Origin: a virus
Taxonomy: Duplodnaviria > Heunggongvirae > Uroviricota > Caudoviricetes
IMG/VR virus record: IMGVR_UViG_3300034107_000364
Reading direction: 5' to 3' (one strand)
Length of the DNA: 64,000 nucleotides
The position numbers were made by a program, and so were the translations under genes. Position 1 is the first letter of the stretch. The number at the start of each line of letters is the position of its first letter. Under the pieces are notes generated by a model. The model was not told the origin of the DNA and searched no databases. It was given only the letters and a program-made list of their open reading frames with translations. Shown piece after piece: positions 9,708 through 19,164 of the stretch.

Positions 9708-10583
9708 ATGAAGAAAGTATTATTATTTGAAGAGTTTCTAGATGAAGCTAAAAAGAAAATGGACAATCCATGTTGGAAAGGTTATACTATGTATGGTACT
9801 AAAACTGATGAGGATGGAAATGAAGTACCTAATTGTATTCCTGTCGAAGAATCAAATAATATAGAAGACTCTTATAATGATTATCCTGAAGATGCTAAAA
9901 AGAATGCTCAGTTGGCAATTGACTGGAAAGAGAAATATGGTAGAGATAAAGTTGAAGCTGGAACTGCAGTTGGTTGGGCAAGAGCTAATCAATTAGCTAA
10001 AGGTGAAAATATATCAGGTGATACTGTAAAAAGAATGGCATCATTCAATAGACATCGTAAAAATTCAACTATTGCTCCTGAATTTAAAGAGACTCCATGG
10101 TTAGACAAAGGATATGTTTCTTGGTTGATTTGGGGTGGAGATGAAGGTGTTGATTGGGCTTTAGAAAAATCTAAAACAATTACAGAAAGCAAATCTCTTT
10201 TCGAAGAATTCTTATTAGAAAAGGGTAAGAAAAGCAAACCAAAAACCGATAAAGAAAAAATTAAGGACCTGTCTAAAAAACAAAAAGGTCTTGCTAAAAA
10301 AGTAAGAGATATTAAAGGTGATATGCTTGATATTTCAAAAGATAAAGAAAAGGAGCCTACTGATAAACTACAAGGTTTATTACTAAAAACTCAAATGCAG
10401 CAATCTGCTGTAGATGCTAAAAAGGCAGAAGTTCAAATTCAGCAAATTGGTTTAAAAGCTAAATTAAAAACTGCAAAGAAAAAAGAAAAGGCGCTTAAGG
10501 ATGCAGAGAAAGATAATCCTAAACCTGAAGTCGAAGTTAAACCAAAAGAAAAGTCTAATAAAGATAACCCTAAAAAAGCTTAA
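9708..10583 (+). CDS. modular head-associated protein with two capsid-targeting-like motifs
   Basis: MKKVLLFEEFLDE; CWKGY..VPNCIP minidomain; SYNDYP..GTAVGWARANQLA..WGGDEG domain; second SLFEEFLLE then Lys-rich tail. Confidence 0.65.
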   Translation: MKKVLLFEEFLDEAKKKMDNPCWKGYTMYGTKTDEDGNEVPNCIPVEESNNIEDSYNDYPEDAKKNAQLAIDWKEKYGRDKVEAGTAVGWARANQLAKGENISGDTVKRMASFNRHRKNSTIAPEFKETPWLDKGYVSWLIWGGDEGVDWALEKSKTITESKSLFEEFLLEKGKKSKPKTDKEKIKDLSKKQKGLAKKVRDIKGDMLDISKDKEKEPTDKLQGLLLKTQMQQSAVDAKKAEVQIQQIGLKAKLKTAKKKEKALKDAEKDNPKPEVEVKPKEKSNKDNPKKA

Positions 10584-11459
10584 ATGCATTTATACGATAC
10601 TGATTTTTTTAAGCGAAGCCGTGTGTGGAGAGCTGATTTTTTAGAAAAACTCAAGACAAAACCTGCACAATATTGGTATGATTATCAATATGATCTAGAA
10701 CAACACATAGATAAAATATATGTGTTATATCTTCCACATCGAGAAGATAAGAAAAATATATTAACAGAAAGATTAAAACAAACCAAAACTAAAGAATCAA
10801 ATCTATTGGATTCAGTTACTTGGTGGGAAGGTCATTTTAATAAAACTGAATGGGATCCTAAAATACACGATGCCAATTATTCATTAAAATATGCATGGGA
10901 TATTGAACCTACTCCCGAAGTAATATATAATATTGGTCTAGGCGGAAATGTTATCATAGATGATCTAAATAAAATTAGCGTTACTGCATCTCTACCGGAA
11001 AGTAATATAGCATTAGGACATGCATCTATTTTACAAGATATAGTCGATAATGATATTCAACATGCACTTATATTGGAAGACGATGCATTATTTAGTCCTG
11101 GTTTTTCTTGGTTAATGGAAAGAATGTTTAAGCAATTACCAGATGATTGGGATATATTTTATGTTTCATATCAACCGTCTATATATGGATTTAAAAGTGA
11201 ACCATATACCGAAGACATAGTTAAGATTACATCCGGTGTATGGTGGCTTTCAGGCGTTTTTATTAATCAAAGAGCTGCTAAGAAATTAATAGATAATTTT
11301 CCTATTATTGGTCCAATAGATGTTTGGATCAACTATCATTTTGATGATTTGAACGTATATGGTACAATGTATAATTGTATTAATCAGGATTATAAATCTA
11401 CTTCTGATAATAAAAACTCTTTTAGAGGAGCCATAGACAATTTGAAAAATAATTTGTAA
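10584..11459 (+). CDS. glycosyltransferase family 25
   Basis: IYVLYLPHREDK, NIALGHASI, ALILEDDALF, DWDIFY, AAKKLI, PIDVW motifs. Confidence 0.85.
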   Translation: MHLYDTDFFKRSRVWRADFLEKLKTKPAQYWYDYQYDLEQHIDKIYVLYLPHREDKKNILTERLKQTKTKESNLLDSVTWWEGHFNKTEWDPKIHDANYSLKYAWDIEPTPEVIYNIGLGGNVIIDDLNKISVTASLPESNIALGHASILQDIVDNDIQHALILEDDALFSPGFSWLMERMFKQLPDDWDIFYVSYQPSIYGFKSEPYTEDIVKITSGVWWLSGVFINQRAAKKLIDNFPIIGPIDVWINYHFDDLNVYGTMYNCINQDYKSTSDNKNSFRGAIDNLKNNL

Positions 11460-11470
11460 TTAATTACATG

Positions 11471-11482
11471 GATATATAAATA
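11471..11482 (+). promoter_or_regulatory. putative late promoter GATATATAAATA
   Basis: contains both GATATATA and the T4 late consensus TATAAATA, intergenic, 17 nt before ATG. Confidence 0.6.
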
Positions 11483-11499
11483 AAAAATAATACCTTATT

Positions 11500-12093
11500 A
11501 TGACTAAAAAAATACTATCATTCGAAGAGTATGCTGCTAGTAAAAACTTTACTAGTAACGATGATATTGCCGAAGAAAACGAAGAACTTTGTGAAACTTG
11601 TGAAAAGGATCCATGTATATGTGAATCTTCCGAAGAAGATGAAGACGACGAGGAAGAAGAATCTGAAGAATCTGAAGAATCTGAAGATGAAGACGAGGAT
11701 GAAGATGAGGAAGAATCTGATGAGCATGAAAAATTAGAAAGTCCAGACGAAGAAGCTAAAGAAGATGAAGAAGAAGCTGAAGGCGGTGAAAAAGCTGAAG
11801 ACGATCAAAAAGTAAAAACAGTAGCAGAAATGTTAGAATCATGTTTTAGCGATGCTGTTAAAGAAGCATGTGATTATGACAAAGATGAGTATCCTGACCA
11901 TACTTTAGAATCATATCTTAAAGAAAATGCTTCATTAATTGCAGCAATGAGTGCTAAGACTTTAGAGCAAGCACACGCTGAACTTAATGATGAAGCTCTT
12001 GAAAAAGAAATGTATGAAGCATGTCTTAATGATATGAAGGAATCTTATTGTAAAAAAATAGAAGAGCTTAAAGAAGCTTGGTCAGCACAGTAA
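11500..12093 (+). CDS. highly acidic protein with capsid-targeting-like N-terminus (possible prohead core protein)
   Basis: MTKKILSFEEY; long E/D tract with GAAGAATCT microrepeats; CETC..CIC. Confidence 0.6.
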   Translation: MTKKILSFEEYAASKNFTSNDDIAEENEELCETCEKDPCICESSEEDEDDEEEESEESEESEDEDEDEDEEESDEHEKLESPDEEAKEDEEEAEGGEKAEDDQKVKTVAEMLESCFSDAVKEACDYDKDEYPDHTLESYLKENASLIAAMSAKTLEQAHAELNDEALEKEMYEACLNDMKESYCKKIEELKEAWSAQ

Positions 12094-12095
12094 TT

Positions 12096-12395
12096 ATGAA
12101 ACACTTAAAAACATTTGAAGCATATTCTTTCGATCACGAAGGAACCGATATTAGAAACCCATTCACAGATGAGACATCAATGAATGATGTTGATCCTAAT
12201 AGTTATTACGGTAAAGACTATGCAAAATCAGACATTAAAAAAATTGTTGATGCATCTGAAAATTTTATAGCTAAGTATAACGAGTGGAAAGAATTAAATC
12301 CTTTAGATAAAAGCGAAGATTTAAATGCTAACTACGAAGAATATGTTAAACCTGCTTTAGATATATTAACAAATATAGTAAAGAAACACGGGTAA
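12096..12395 (+). CDS. small protein with capsid-targeting-like N-terminus
   Basis: start at taattATG 12096 gives MKHLKTFEAY; the ORF-track start at 12078 overlaps the upstream gene. Confidence 0.7.
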   Translation: MKHLKTFEAYSFDHEGTDIRNPFTDETSMNDVDPNSYYGKDYAKSDIKKIVDASENFIAKYNEWKELNPLDKSEDLNANYEEYVKPALDILTNIVKKHG

Positions 12396-12413
12396 TTCAA
12401 ATCCAATCGAATT

Positions 12414-12440
12414 AAACTTTTTAAAGGGTCTATGTATAAT
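12414..12440 (+). promoter_or_regulatory. putative early/middle promoter AAAC-N17-TATAAT
   Basis: AAAC 12414-12417, TATAAT 12435-12440, upstream of dCMP deaminase/helicase operon. Confidence 0.6.
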
Positions 12441-12455
12441 GCATGGACCTTTTTT
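12423..12455 (+). terminator. rho-independent terminator overlapping the promoter
   Basis: AAAGGGTCTATGTA-TAA-TGCATGGACCTTTT stem with G-U pairs, followed by T-run. Confidence 0.7.
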
Positions 12456-12473
12456 ATTTAAAAGACATTTATT

Positions 12474-12986
12474 ATGCCAAGAATACCAGTAGAAATCATT
12501 TATATGCAAATGGCATATCAAACTGCCAAATTAAGTTATGCACAACGACGAAGAGTTGGGTGCATCATTGTTAAAGACGAACAAATAGTATCATATGGTT
12601 ATAACGGAACCCCACATGGATTTGATAATCTATGTGAAGAGGACGATGTTAAGTTTTATGAAAATCCAGATATGGCAGTGGTGTTAGAAGAATATGGATA
12701 TACATGTGAAAATGGATGCTGTACTAAAAAAGATGCTATCACAAAAAGAGAAGTCTTGCATGCAGAATCAAATGCTATTACCAAGTTAGCAAAATCCACA
12801 ATGACATCTAATGGTGCAGATCTATACACTACAACTGCACCTTGTTTTGATTGTGCAAAACTAATTATCCAAGCAGGAATTAAACGAGTATACTACTCAG
12901 AAGACTATCGCGATATGAGCGGTGTCGAATTATTAAATAAAGCTAATATTGAAGTAAAAGAAGTTATATGTTGGAACGCAGAATAG
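12474..12986 (+). CDS. dCMP deaminase
   Basis: VGCIIVKD..GYNGTP, HAESNAI, PCFDCAKLIIQAGIKRV. Confidence 0.95.
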   Translation: MPRIPVEIIYMQMAYQTAKLSYAQRRRVGCIIVKDEQIVSYGYNGTPHGFDNLCEEDDVKFYENPDMAVVLEEYGYTCENGCCTKKDAITKREVLHAESNAITKLAKSTMTSNGADLYTTTAPCFDCAKLIIQAGIKRVYYSEDYRDMSGVELLNKANIEVKEVICWNAE

Positions 12987-14698
12987 ATCAAATTATTGAC
13001 AAAGCGTTAGAGCTTAATACTTTTGGAAAAGACTTTGAATTCAGAAAAGGACAAAGAGAAATTATCACTAAGATTTGTGAAACTTATTTAGAGGATCCAG
13101 AATCCACGTTAGTAATAGATGCACCAACTGGTGCTGGTAAGTCACTAATAGCTATGTGGTCAGCTCATATCCTAAAAGAACTAGGTAATAGAGGTTACAT
13201 GGTGACTAGTGACCTGAGTCTTCAGGATCAGTATGAATCTGATTTCTATAATTATGGTTTGAGATGGCCTTCTATTAAAGGTGTAGACAATTACGAATGT
13301 TCTGTTAATGGTTTGCCATTTTCATTAGGTGATTGTAAACTCAAAGGAATGGGTTATGAACAAGCTGAAAAACTACCATGTTATAATTCATGTGAATACC
13401 TACAAAATAGACGCAGAGCTATCGATCAACCTATTGCGCTTCTTAATTATTCATTTTGGTTAATTCAAAGAAATTATGTTGAGGCTAAAATGTTGCAAGA
13501 CGATAGACCAGTTCCATTTGAGCAAAGAGATTTTGTCTTCTTTGATGAAGCACACCGAATTGATGACATAGTTCAAAGTCACTTTAGTCCACGTATTGAA
13601 CCTGGATTAGTTGAGAGAATGATGACTTTAAATCGTTTTGCTAGCAAGCAAGGATTTCAAGAAGCTTCTTATACTAAGAACAAAATACAATCATTAGTCA
13701 ATCACATGATGGTTGGTGGCAAGAACGATGTGTTTACTGCGATGAGTGAATTCGAAAGAATTCTACATGGTTTTGGTAAAGTTAGACAAGTTGCCAATAA
13801 AATGGCTAAGAAAAGATATGGAACTGCAGGTGTACCTAAAGATTGGCAAACTGCATTTGGACATTTCGATAGACTTAAAGATGTACATTGTAAAGTAGAA
13901 GATTATTTAAGCCTAATCAAAGAAGTTGGTATAGATAAAATGGTTCTCGATCAAAACGAACATGAAGCAAAATTCATGTGTGTTGAAGAGAGCTTAATGA
14001 TTAATAAGTATCTTCACGAAAAGGCAAACTTCAAAGTATTTATGAGTGCCACTATTGGTGATCCTAGAGCTTTTGTAAAAATCATGGGAATTAAGAATGC
14101 CAAGTTTATTAGAATGGACAATGCATTTAACTATGACAAATCTCCAGTAGTTTTTGTTAATCGTCACAAGCTTTCATTTAGAGAGCGTGAAGAAAGTTTA
14201 CCTAAAGTTGTAGAGATAATGGATCAAATCATAAGCAAGCATAAAGGACAGCGTGGTATTATTCACTGTGGATCTTATGAGTTTATGAACTATATTCAGT
14301 CTAAAAGTAAACACACTTTTAGATTAATGAACTATGAAAATTCTAAACAAAAAGCAGAAGTGCTTGAACTGTTTAAGAAAAAAGAAGATGCAGTATTAAT
14401 GGGTCCTTCATTATTAGAGGGACTAGATTTAAAAGATGATACTAGTAGATTTCAAATATTTTTTAAAGTACCATATCCGTCATTAGGCGATCCTTTGATT
14501 AAAGCTAAAATGCAAACATCAAATGAGTGGTATGATTGGAAAACTGGAATTAGTATAATGCAAGGTGTCGGAAGATCAGTTAGAAGTAAAGACGATTGGG
14601 CAGTAACTTATGTTCTGGATGCTTGCTTTAGAAGCTTGATAAATAAGCCAGGGTTCTTCCCTCCAAGTTTTATGGAACGAATAAAAACGATTAAATAA
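12968..14698 (+). CDS. DinG/YoaA (XPD-like) SF2 helicase
   Basis: Q motif FRKGQ, Walker A DAPTGAGKS, Cys cluster (C..C..C..C), DEAH, MSAT, EGLDLKDD, KVPYP, QGVGRSVRS..D..LD. Confidence 0.92.
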   Translation: MLERRIDQIIDKALELNTFGKDFEFRKGQREIITKICETYLEDPESTLVIDAPTGAGKSLIAMWSAHILKELGNRGYMVTSDLSLQDQYESDFYNYGLRWPSIKGVDNYECSVNGLPFSLGDCKLKGMGYEQAEKLPCYNSCEYLQNRRRAIDQPIALLNYSFWLIQRNYVEAKMLQDDRPVPFEQRDFVFFDEAHRIDDIVQSHFSPRIEPGLVERMMTLNRFASKQGFQEASYTKNKIQSLVNHMMVGGKNDVFTAMSEFERILHGFGKVRQVANKMAKKRYGTAGVPKDWQTAFGHFDRLKDVHCKVEDYLSLIKEVGIDKMVLDQNEHEAKFMCVEESLMINKYLHEKANFKVFMSATIGDPRAFVKIMGIKNAKFIRMDNAFNYDKSPVVFVNRHKLSFREREESLPKVVEIMDQIISKHKGQRGIIHCGSYEFMNYIQSKSKHTFRLMNYENSKQKAEVLELFKKKEDAVLMGPSLLEGLDLKDDTSRFQIFFKVPYPSLGDPLIKAKMQTSNEWYDWKTGISIMQGVGRSVRSKDDWAVTYVLDACFRSLINKPGFFPPSFMERIKTIK

Positions 14699-14705
14699 TA
14701 AACAT

Positions 14706-14936
14706 ATGGGATTTAACAAATTAATTTTACCGGATATCGAAAGACTTAAAAGTCATTTAGCAGATTTAGGTGAAGAAGAGTTCGGCAAACATTGGTTAAG
14801 ACGACTACAAAAAGCTGATGCAATTATGGGATCTGTCGAATCTGACAAGTTTCTTAAACCTTTTACAGATAAAGCGTATAATGAAAGTAAATTAATATTT
14901 GCGCAAAATGAAAATTTTACAGAGATTAAAAAATAA
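14706..14936 (+). CDS. hypothetical protein
   Basis: 76 aa ORF in operon. Confidence 0.65.
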   Translation: MGFNKLILPDIERLKSHLADLGEEEFGKHWLRRLQKADAIMGSVESDKFLKPFTDKAYNESKLIFAQNENFTEIKK

Positions 14937-14940
14937 ATTT

Positions 14941-15570
14941 ATGTCTAAAGAACAAAAAACTGGAAATCGCCAATTTTATGTTTGGATTAAATCCGAGCGA
15001 ATTGGTCAAATTGTAGAAGTTGCTGAAGTACAAGATGATGCAGCTTGGTTAAAATTTACTGATGGAACTCAATGTAATAGCGAAATCACTAACGAGTACT
15101 TATTGCCTGCATCTTCAGAAGATCAAGCTAATATGATTGCTAAGGATTTTGGTGGAATTACAACATTCACAAATCAATCAATAGAAGATGCAACACCAAC
15201 TAGACCTCGTAGAGATCTTGAACCGGTTGATGCAACACCTGTTAGACCACGGAGAGATCCTGAAAGTGAAGAAGTTAACGTGATGCGTGAGATGCTTAGA
15301 AAAATGAGTACTAAGAATAAGGCTGATATGCCTATTAAGATTAATATTCCTTCTAAAGAAATCTATGCTTTGCTTAAGGATCAAATGGACATTACTAAAA
15401 AGGACTTAAATAGTCAAATTATTGCTCTTGTAGAGGATCAGATAGATAATCAGAGAGACAGCTTAAAAGAACAAGTAGAATCATTTATTAACAATTATTA
15501 TAATGGAAAACCAAACACAACAAGTAGAGGAAACTCAAGTACAGGAGAATCAACAGATTCCGAATCGTAG
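14941..15570 (+). CDS. hypothetical protein
   Basis: likely start MSKEQK at 14941 (alternative 14908); duplicated DATPxRPRRD motif. Confidence 0.7.
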   Translation: MSKEQKTGNRQFYVWIKSERIGQIVEVAEVQDDAAWLKFTDGTQCNSEITNEYLLPASSEDQANMIAKDFGGITTFTNQSIEDATPTRPRRDLEPVDATPVRPRRDPESEEVNVMREMLRKMSTKNKADMPIKINIPSKEIYALLKDQMDITKKDLNSQIIALVEDQIDNQRDSLKEQVESFINNYYNGKPNTTSRGNSSTGESTDSES

Positions 15571-15922
15571 AGAACGTCGTTACAGACTGAAACAACAAGG
15601 TGTATTGAAATACCTTAGTAAACTTTCTTTTTTAAACCCAGTTGCGGTAAATTATCGTGCAGAAAATCTTAAAGTGGGTCAAAGAATTCAGGACATTCTT
15701 CGTGAAAGAAATGAAAAACAATGGGAAGAGACTTTCATGGATAAATTAGAAAAAATGAAAGAAACATGGTATGAGATTGGTTATAATGCCGAAGAGATTA
15801 CAATGTTAGAAGAGGCTTCAGCTATTCACTTCGCTAAGAATAAGGCAACTTATCGCGAAGATAAAAAAGAAGCTAGAGAATTAATGAATAAAGCTAAAGC
15901 TAGTTTAGCTTCTAGAAAATAA
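15503..15922 (+). CDS. hypothetical protein
   Basis: 139 aa, PNRRERR motif, 68-nt overlap with upstream ORF. Confidence 0.7.
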   Translation: MENQTQQVEETQVQENQQIPNRRERRYRLKQQGVLKYLSKLSFLNPVAVNYRAENLKVGQRIQDILRERNEKQWEETFMDKLEKMKETWYEIGYNAEEITMLEEASAIHFAKNKATYREDKKEARELMNKAKASLASRK

Positions 15923-15930
15923 GATAATCT

Positions 15931-16251
15931 ATGTTAAGTATCGGTATTGAGCCAGCAGATAATGGCGTTATAAAAACATTAGTTGATGACAATGTAAATG
16001 GTGGTGGTGAAGAATTCGAATCTAGACAAGTCTACGAATTCGAAGGACCGATGAAACGTTCTAATCAAATAAAATTCTTTAGGGATTTGATATTTGATTT
16101 AGGAATTGATGTTGGAACAGAACTTGATCCAGATCACGTTCAGGTTACAATAGGTTGGGGTACTCAATATCGAGGCTCAGAGACCGAAATAAAAAATAAG
16201 ATCCAATCTTTACAAAAAGAAATTAAAAGGTTGGAATCTATGCTATCATAA
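15931..16251 (+). CDS. hypothetical protein
   Basis: 106 aa, C-terminal coiled coil, TAATG coupling to next gene. Confidence 0.7.
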   Translation: MLSIGIEPADNGVIKTLVDDNVNGGGEEFESRQVYEFEGPMKRSNQIKFFRDLIFDLGIDVGTELDPDHVQVTIGWGTQYRGSETEIKNKIQSLQKEIKRLESMLS

Positions 16252-16652
16252 TGAATTTAAAAATAGAAGGTGTTTGGTGTAAAACTAGGACAGAATTTGA
16301 TAAACTATCTAAAGGTGGTAATTATGATCTGACCGTGTCTTACTATGACATTTTTAATCGCTTGGTTAAAAGTGATCCTGATAATGCCGAACCTTCTAAT
16401 ATAATTATTTCTATTTACATTAGAAAAGCAATTGAAAAAGCATTAATGGATCTTGATGGACAACCGGAAGTCAAGATCCTTTATATGTTTAAAACCTTAA
16501 GTGCAGAAACAGTATCTAATTTTAGATTGTTTGTAAACGAAATGGTAGAAAATGAATGTGAACTAGATTTACTAGTTGTCAATAGATGTGACTTTCCTAA
16601 AACTGGCGTATTAAGTAAATTTGATAATGTTAGATTTTTAGATAATGATTAA
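16251..16652 (+). CDS. hypothetical protein
   Basis: 133 aa, coupled on both sides. Confidence 0.7.
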   Translation: MNLKIEGVWCKTRTEFDKLSKGGNYDLTVSYYDIFNRLVKSDPDNAEPSNIIISIYIRKAIEKALMDLDGQPEVKILYMFKTLSAETVSNFRLFVNEMVENECELDLLVVNRCDFPKTGVLSKFDNVRFLDND

Positions 16653-17244
16653 GCATCAACTCTTTTCAAAGGGTGATCAAATCCATGCCCTTATTTCAAC
16701 TACTCAGCAACCTAATCTTTTAATTCCGGTTAGAGCAACTATTTATGACGTTAAATTCGATGACGTTAATCCACAATATCAAGTCAGAGTTAAAAAATTC
16801 TACGATCAAGTTTACTTCTTAAAGAAGAATCTTTTTGGTGGTAGATTTATAAAAGACTTCGAAGGTAGAGATACCAAAATAAATTTAAAAAGAGCACTAT
16901 ATCCAACTGTAGATGATATTGAAACCAATATCTTTAATGGTGATAAATGGAAACAATACTTAATTATAGTTGACTCTGTATTTTGTACGAGAACTCGGGC
17001 TGAACAAGAAACCCTGTTTAATAATATCCAAACCTTTCATATAGAAATGAAACTCAAAGAACTATATGAGCTTGTCAATCGTACTGTCTATAAAGATGGT
17101 GAATTTTATTGGCATACCAAAGGTGAATATGTAAAATCTTTACAGAAATTTTTAGGAGATAAATACCCTAAAGATCCTAAATGGTCTGACGCTTTACTTT
17201 ATAGACCAGAAACCGACGAAATGGACAACGTGGAGTGGGTTTAA
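16645..17244 (+). CDS. hypothetical protein
   Basis: 199 aa ORF closing the operon. Confidence 0.7.
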   Translation: MIKHQLFSKGDQIHALISTTQQPNLLIPVRATIYDVKFDDVNPQYQVRVKKFYDQVYFLKKNLFGGRFIKDFEGRDTKINLKRALYPTVDDIETNIFNGDKWKQYLIIVDSVFCTRTRAEQETLFNNIQTFHIEMKLKELYELVNRTVYKDGEFYWHTKGEYVKSLQKFLGDKYPKDPKWSDALLYRPETDEMDNVEWV

Positions 17245-17268
17245 TATATTATCCTACCATATAAGGTA

Positions 17269-17276
17269 GATATATA
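17269..17276 (+). promoter_or_regulatory. putative late promoter GATATATA
   Basis: intergenic, at the start of the structural module, abutting a small CTACC-ATATAA-GGTAG hairpin. Confidence 0.6.
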
Positions 17277-17296
17277 TAAAAAAAACATTCATTCAT

Positions 17297-19150
17297 ATGC
17301 CGTTAGGAATTGTAGATGACGCAAACTTTATTTTTAAGAAAGCACTTAATGTTGTAGACAAAACAACAGGTTTACCTGTGACTCAGTTTGTTTATGAAGA
17401 TACTAAGTCTGGTAAAAAAGTAAAAACTAAAAAAGAGAAAAAGGGTGCGGTAAATCAATCTCAAGCTAAACCAGTTGATACAGCTGGTACAGCGCAAACT
17501 ACATTAAGTGAAGATAATACTACTGCTAAACGAGAACGTCCCGGTCAATCATTATATCCTGTGGATGGTGTTGATTCAAAATCATATAAGGTAGATACTG
17601 TTGTATCTGGTTCTGATCCTAAAAAAGTTACATACGAAGATACGGGTGATACAGTTACTTTAGGAAAAGCACCTCGAAGTTTATTTAATAATTGGACTTT
17701 GCATAGATACGCTAATAGATCTGGTGTTGTAAATTACAGTTTGAATCCAACTAACGGTGCTGATTATAATAAACCTGTTTTTAGGGGATTTGGCGATACT
17801 AATTCAATGAATCCTACTGCTAAAAATATAGTAGAATACTCTAAACTTACTGGTGGTGAAGGATTCGCTTATAACTTTAGTGACTTTATTCAGATGGAAC
17901 ACTACGGCCAAATATCTAATGATTATTTAATTACTCTTAGAAGATTTGCGCATCCAGTGCCCGATGATATATTATCGCCTCAAAGACAAGGTGCAGATGG
18001 AAAACCGCCAGTAGATAATAGTGAACCTGATTTGGCTAGAGCAGTAACTTGGTTATCGCCAGCTTTAGGAAATGATTTAAAAGAAATACTTAAATTCCAA
18101 ATGGGATTTAATTGGGAAGAAGCAAAATCTAAACTTCAAGAAGCTGAATCTAAAGAAGCTGATAGAGGTGAATTAGGTGCAAAAATCGATGCAAGTCCTA
18201 CAGCTTCTGCAATAGAATCTGGTTTAAATGGATTTACAGCAACTCAAGCTAGACAAATTAAAAATACTGGAGGTAACCACGATTACGCTAAAGAAACATA
18301 TCCTAACAAAGTTTTTGGACCACTTAATATTATTGATAATGTTTTAGCAAGACAAGCTGGTTTAAAATTTGAACAGGAATTTAAATTAAATTTCATATAT
18401 GAACTTAAAGCATTTCCTGGTACTAGTCCTAAAGTTGCATTTATGGATACTCTTGCAAACGTTTTAGCACTTACATATAATAATGCACCATTCTGGGGTG
18501 GAGCTGTAAGATTCAGTGGTACTGGTAAAACTGGTAAACCATTTGGAGATATGAGTAAATTAGCATCTGGAGATTATGCTGGTTATATTGGATCTATTGC
18601 TGATAAATTAGCAGGTATGGGTGGAAACTTTTTGGATCAATTAAAGAAAACTGCTTCTAATATTGGAAGTGGCGCAGGAATTAATAAAATATTAGGAGAT
18701 TCTAGTATTCTTGAAAATATTGTTGGTGGTGGACTTATGAAATTATTAGGTGGACCAAGTGGAGGTACAATTATTAATGCGTTCTTAACTGGTGATCCAA
18801 CTGGACAATGGCATGTAACAATAGGAAATCCAATGAATCCTATTATGGTTTGTGGAAACTTATGTTTACAAAACAGTCAAGTTAGTTTCGAAGGACCTTT
18901 AGGTTTTGAAGGTTTTCCAACAAAAATGAAAGTTGAAATCACATTAAAACCCGGAAGACCAAGAGATAAAACTGAAATCGAATCTATGTTTAATGCAGGT
19001 CGAGGTAGAATGTATTTACAACCATCATGGGGTAAAGGTTCAGAAATGGATATTAACGCTATGGTTAACATTGATGCATATGGCGGAAAATCTGGTCAAA
19101 GTAAAAATGCACCGTACTTAAGTAGACTATCTGATATGTCTGCAGGATAA
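17297..19150 (+). CDS. putative tail/baseplate structural protein (tube-initiator-like)
   Basis: first gene of the baseplate module; C-terminal WHVTIGNP..LCLQ..FEGPLG..PTKMKVEITLKP is tube-fold-like; Gly-rich middle. Confidence 0.5.
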   Translation: MPLGIVDDANFIFKKALNVVDKTTGLPVTQFVYEDTKSGKKVKTKKEKKGAVNQSQAKPVDTAGTAQTTLSEDNTTAKRERPGQSLYPVDGVDSKSYKVDTVVSGSDPKKVTYEDTGDTVTLGKAPRSLFNNWTLHRYANRSGVVNYSLNPTNGADYNKPVFRGFGDTNSMNPTAKNIVEYSKLTGGEGFAYNFSDFIQMEHYGQISNDYLITLRRFAHPVPDDILSPQRQGADGKPPVDNSEPDLARAVTWLSPALGNDLKEILKFQMGFNWEEAKSKLQEAESKEADRGELGAKIDASPTASAIESGLNGFTATQARQIKNTGGNHDYAKETYPNKVFGPLNIIDNVLARQAGLKFEQEFKLNFIYELKAFPGTSPKVAFMDTLANVLALTYNNAPFWGGAVRFSGTGKTGKPFGDMSKLASGDYAGYIGSIADKLAGMGGNFLDQLKKTASNIGSGAGINKILGDSSILENIVGGGLMKLLGGPSGGTIINAFLTGDPTGQWHVTIGNPMNPIMVCGNLCLQNSQVSFEGPLGFEGFPTKMKVEITLKPGRPRDKTEIESMFNAGRGRMYLQPSWGKGSEMDINAMVNIDAYGGKSGQSKNAPYLSRLSDMSAG

Positions 19151-19164
19151 AATAATATATTAAT

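Noticed and set aside
11518-11737. Phe-rich and Lys/Met-rich ORFs overlapping the acidic gene
   Set aside because: Alternative readings of the GAA/GAT low-complexity tract
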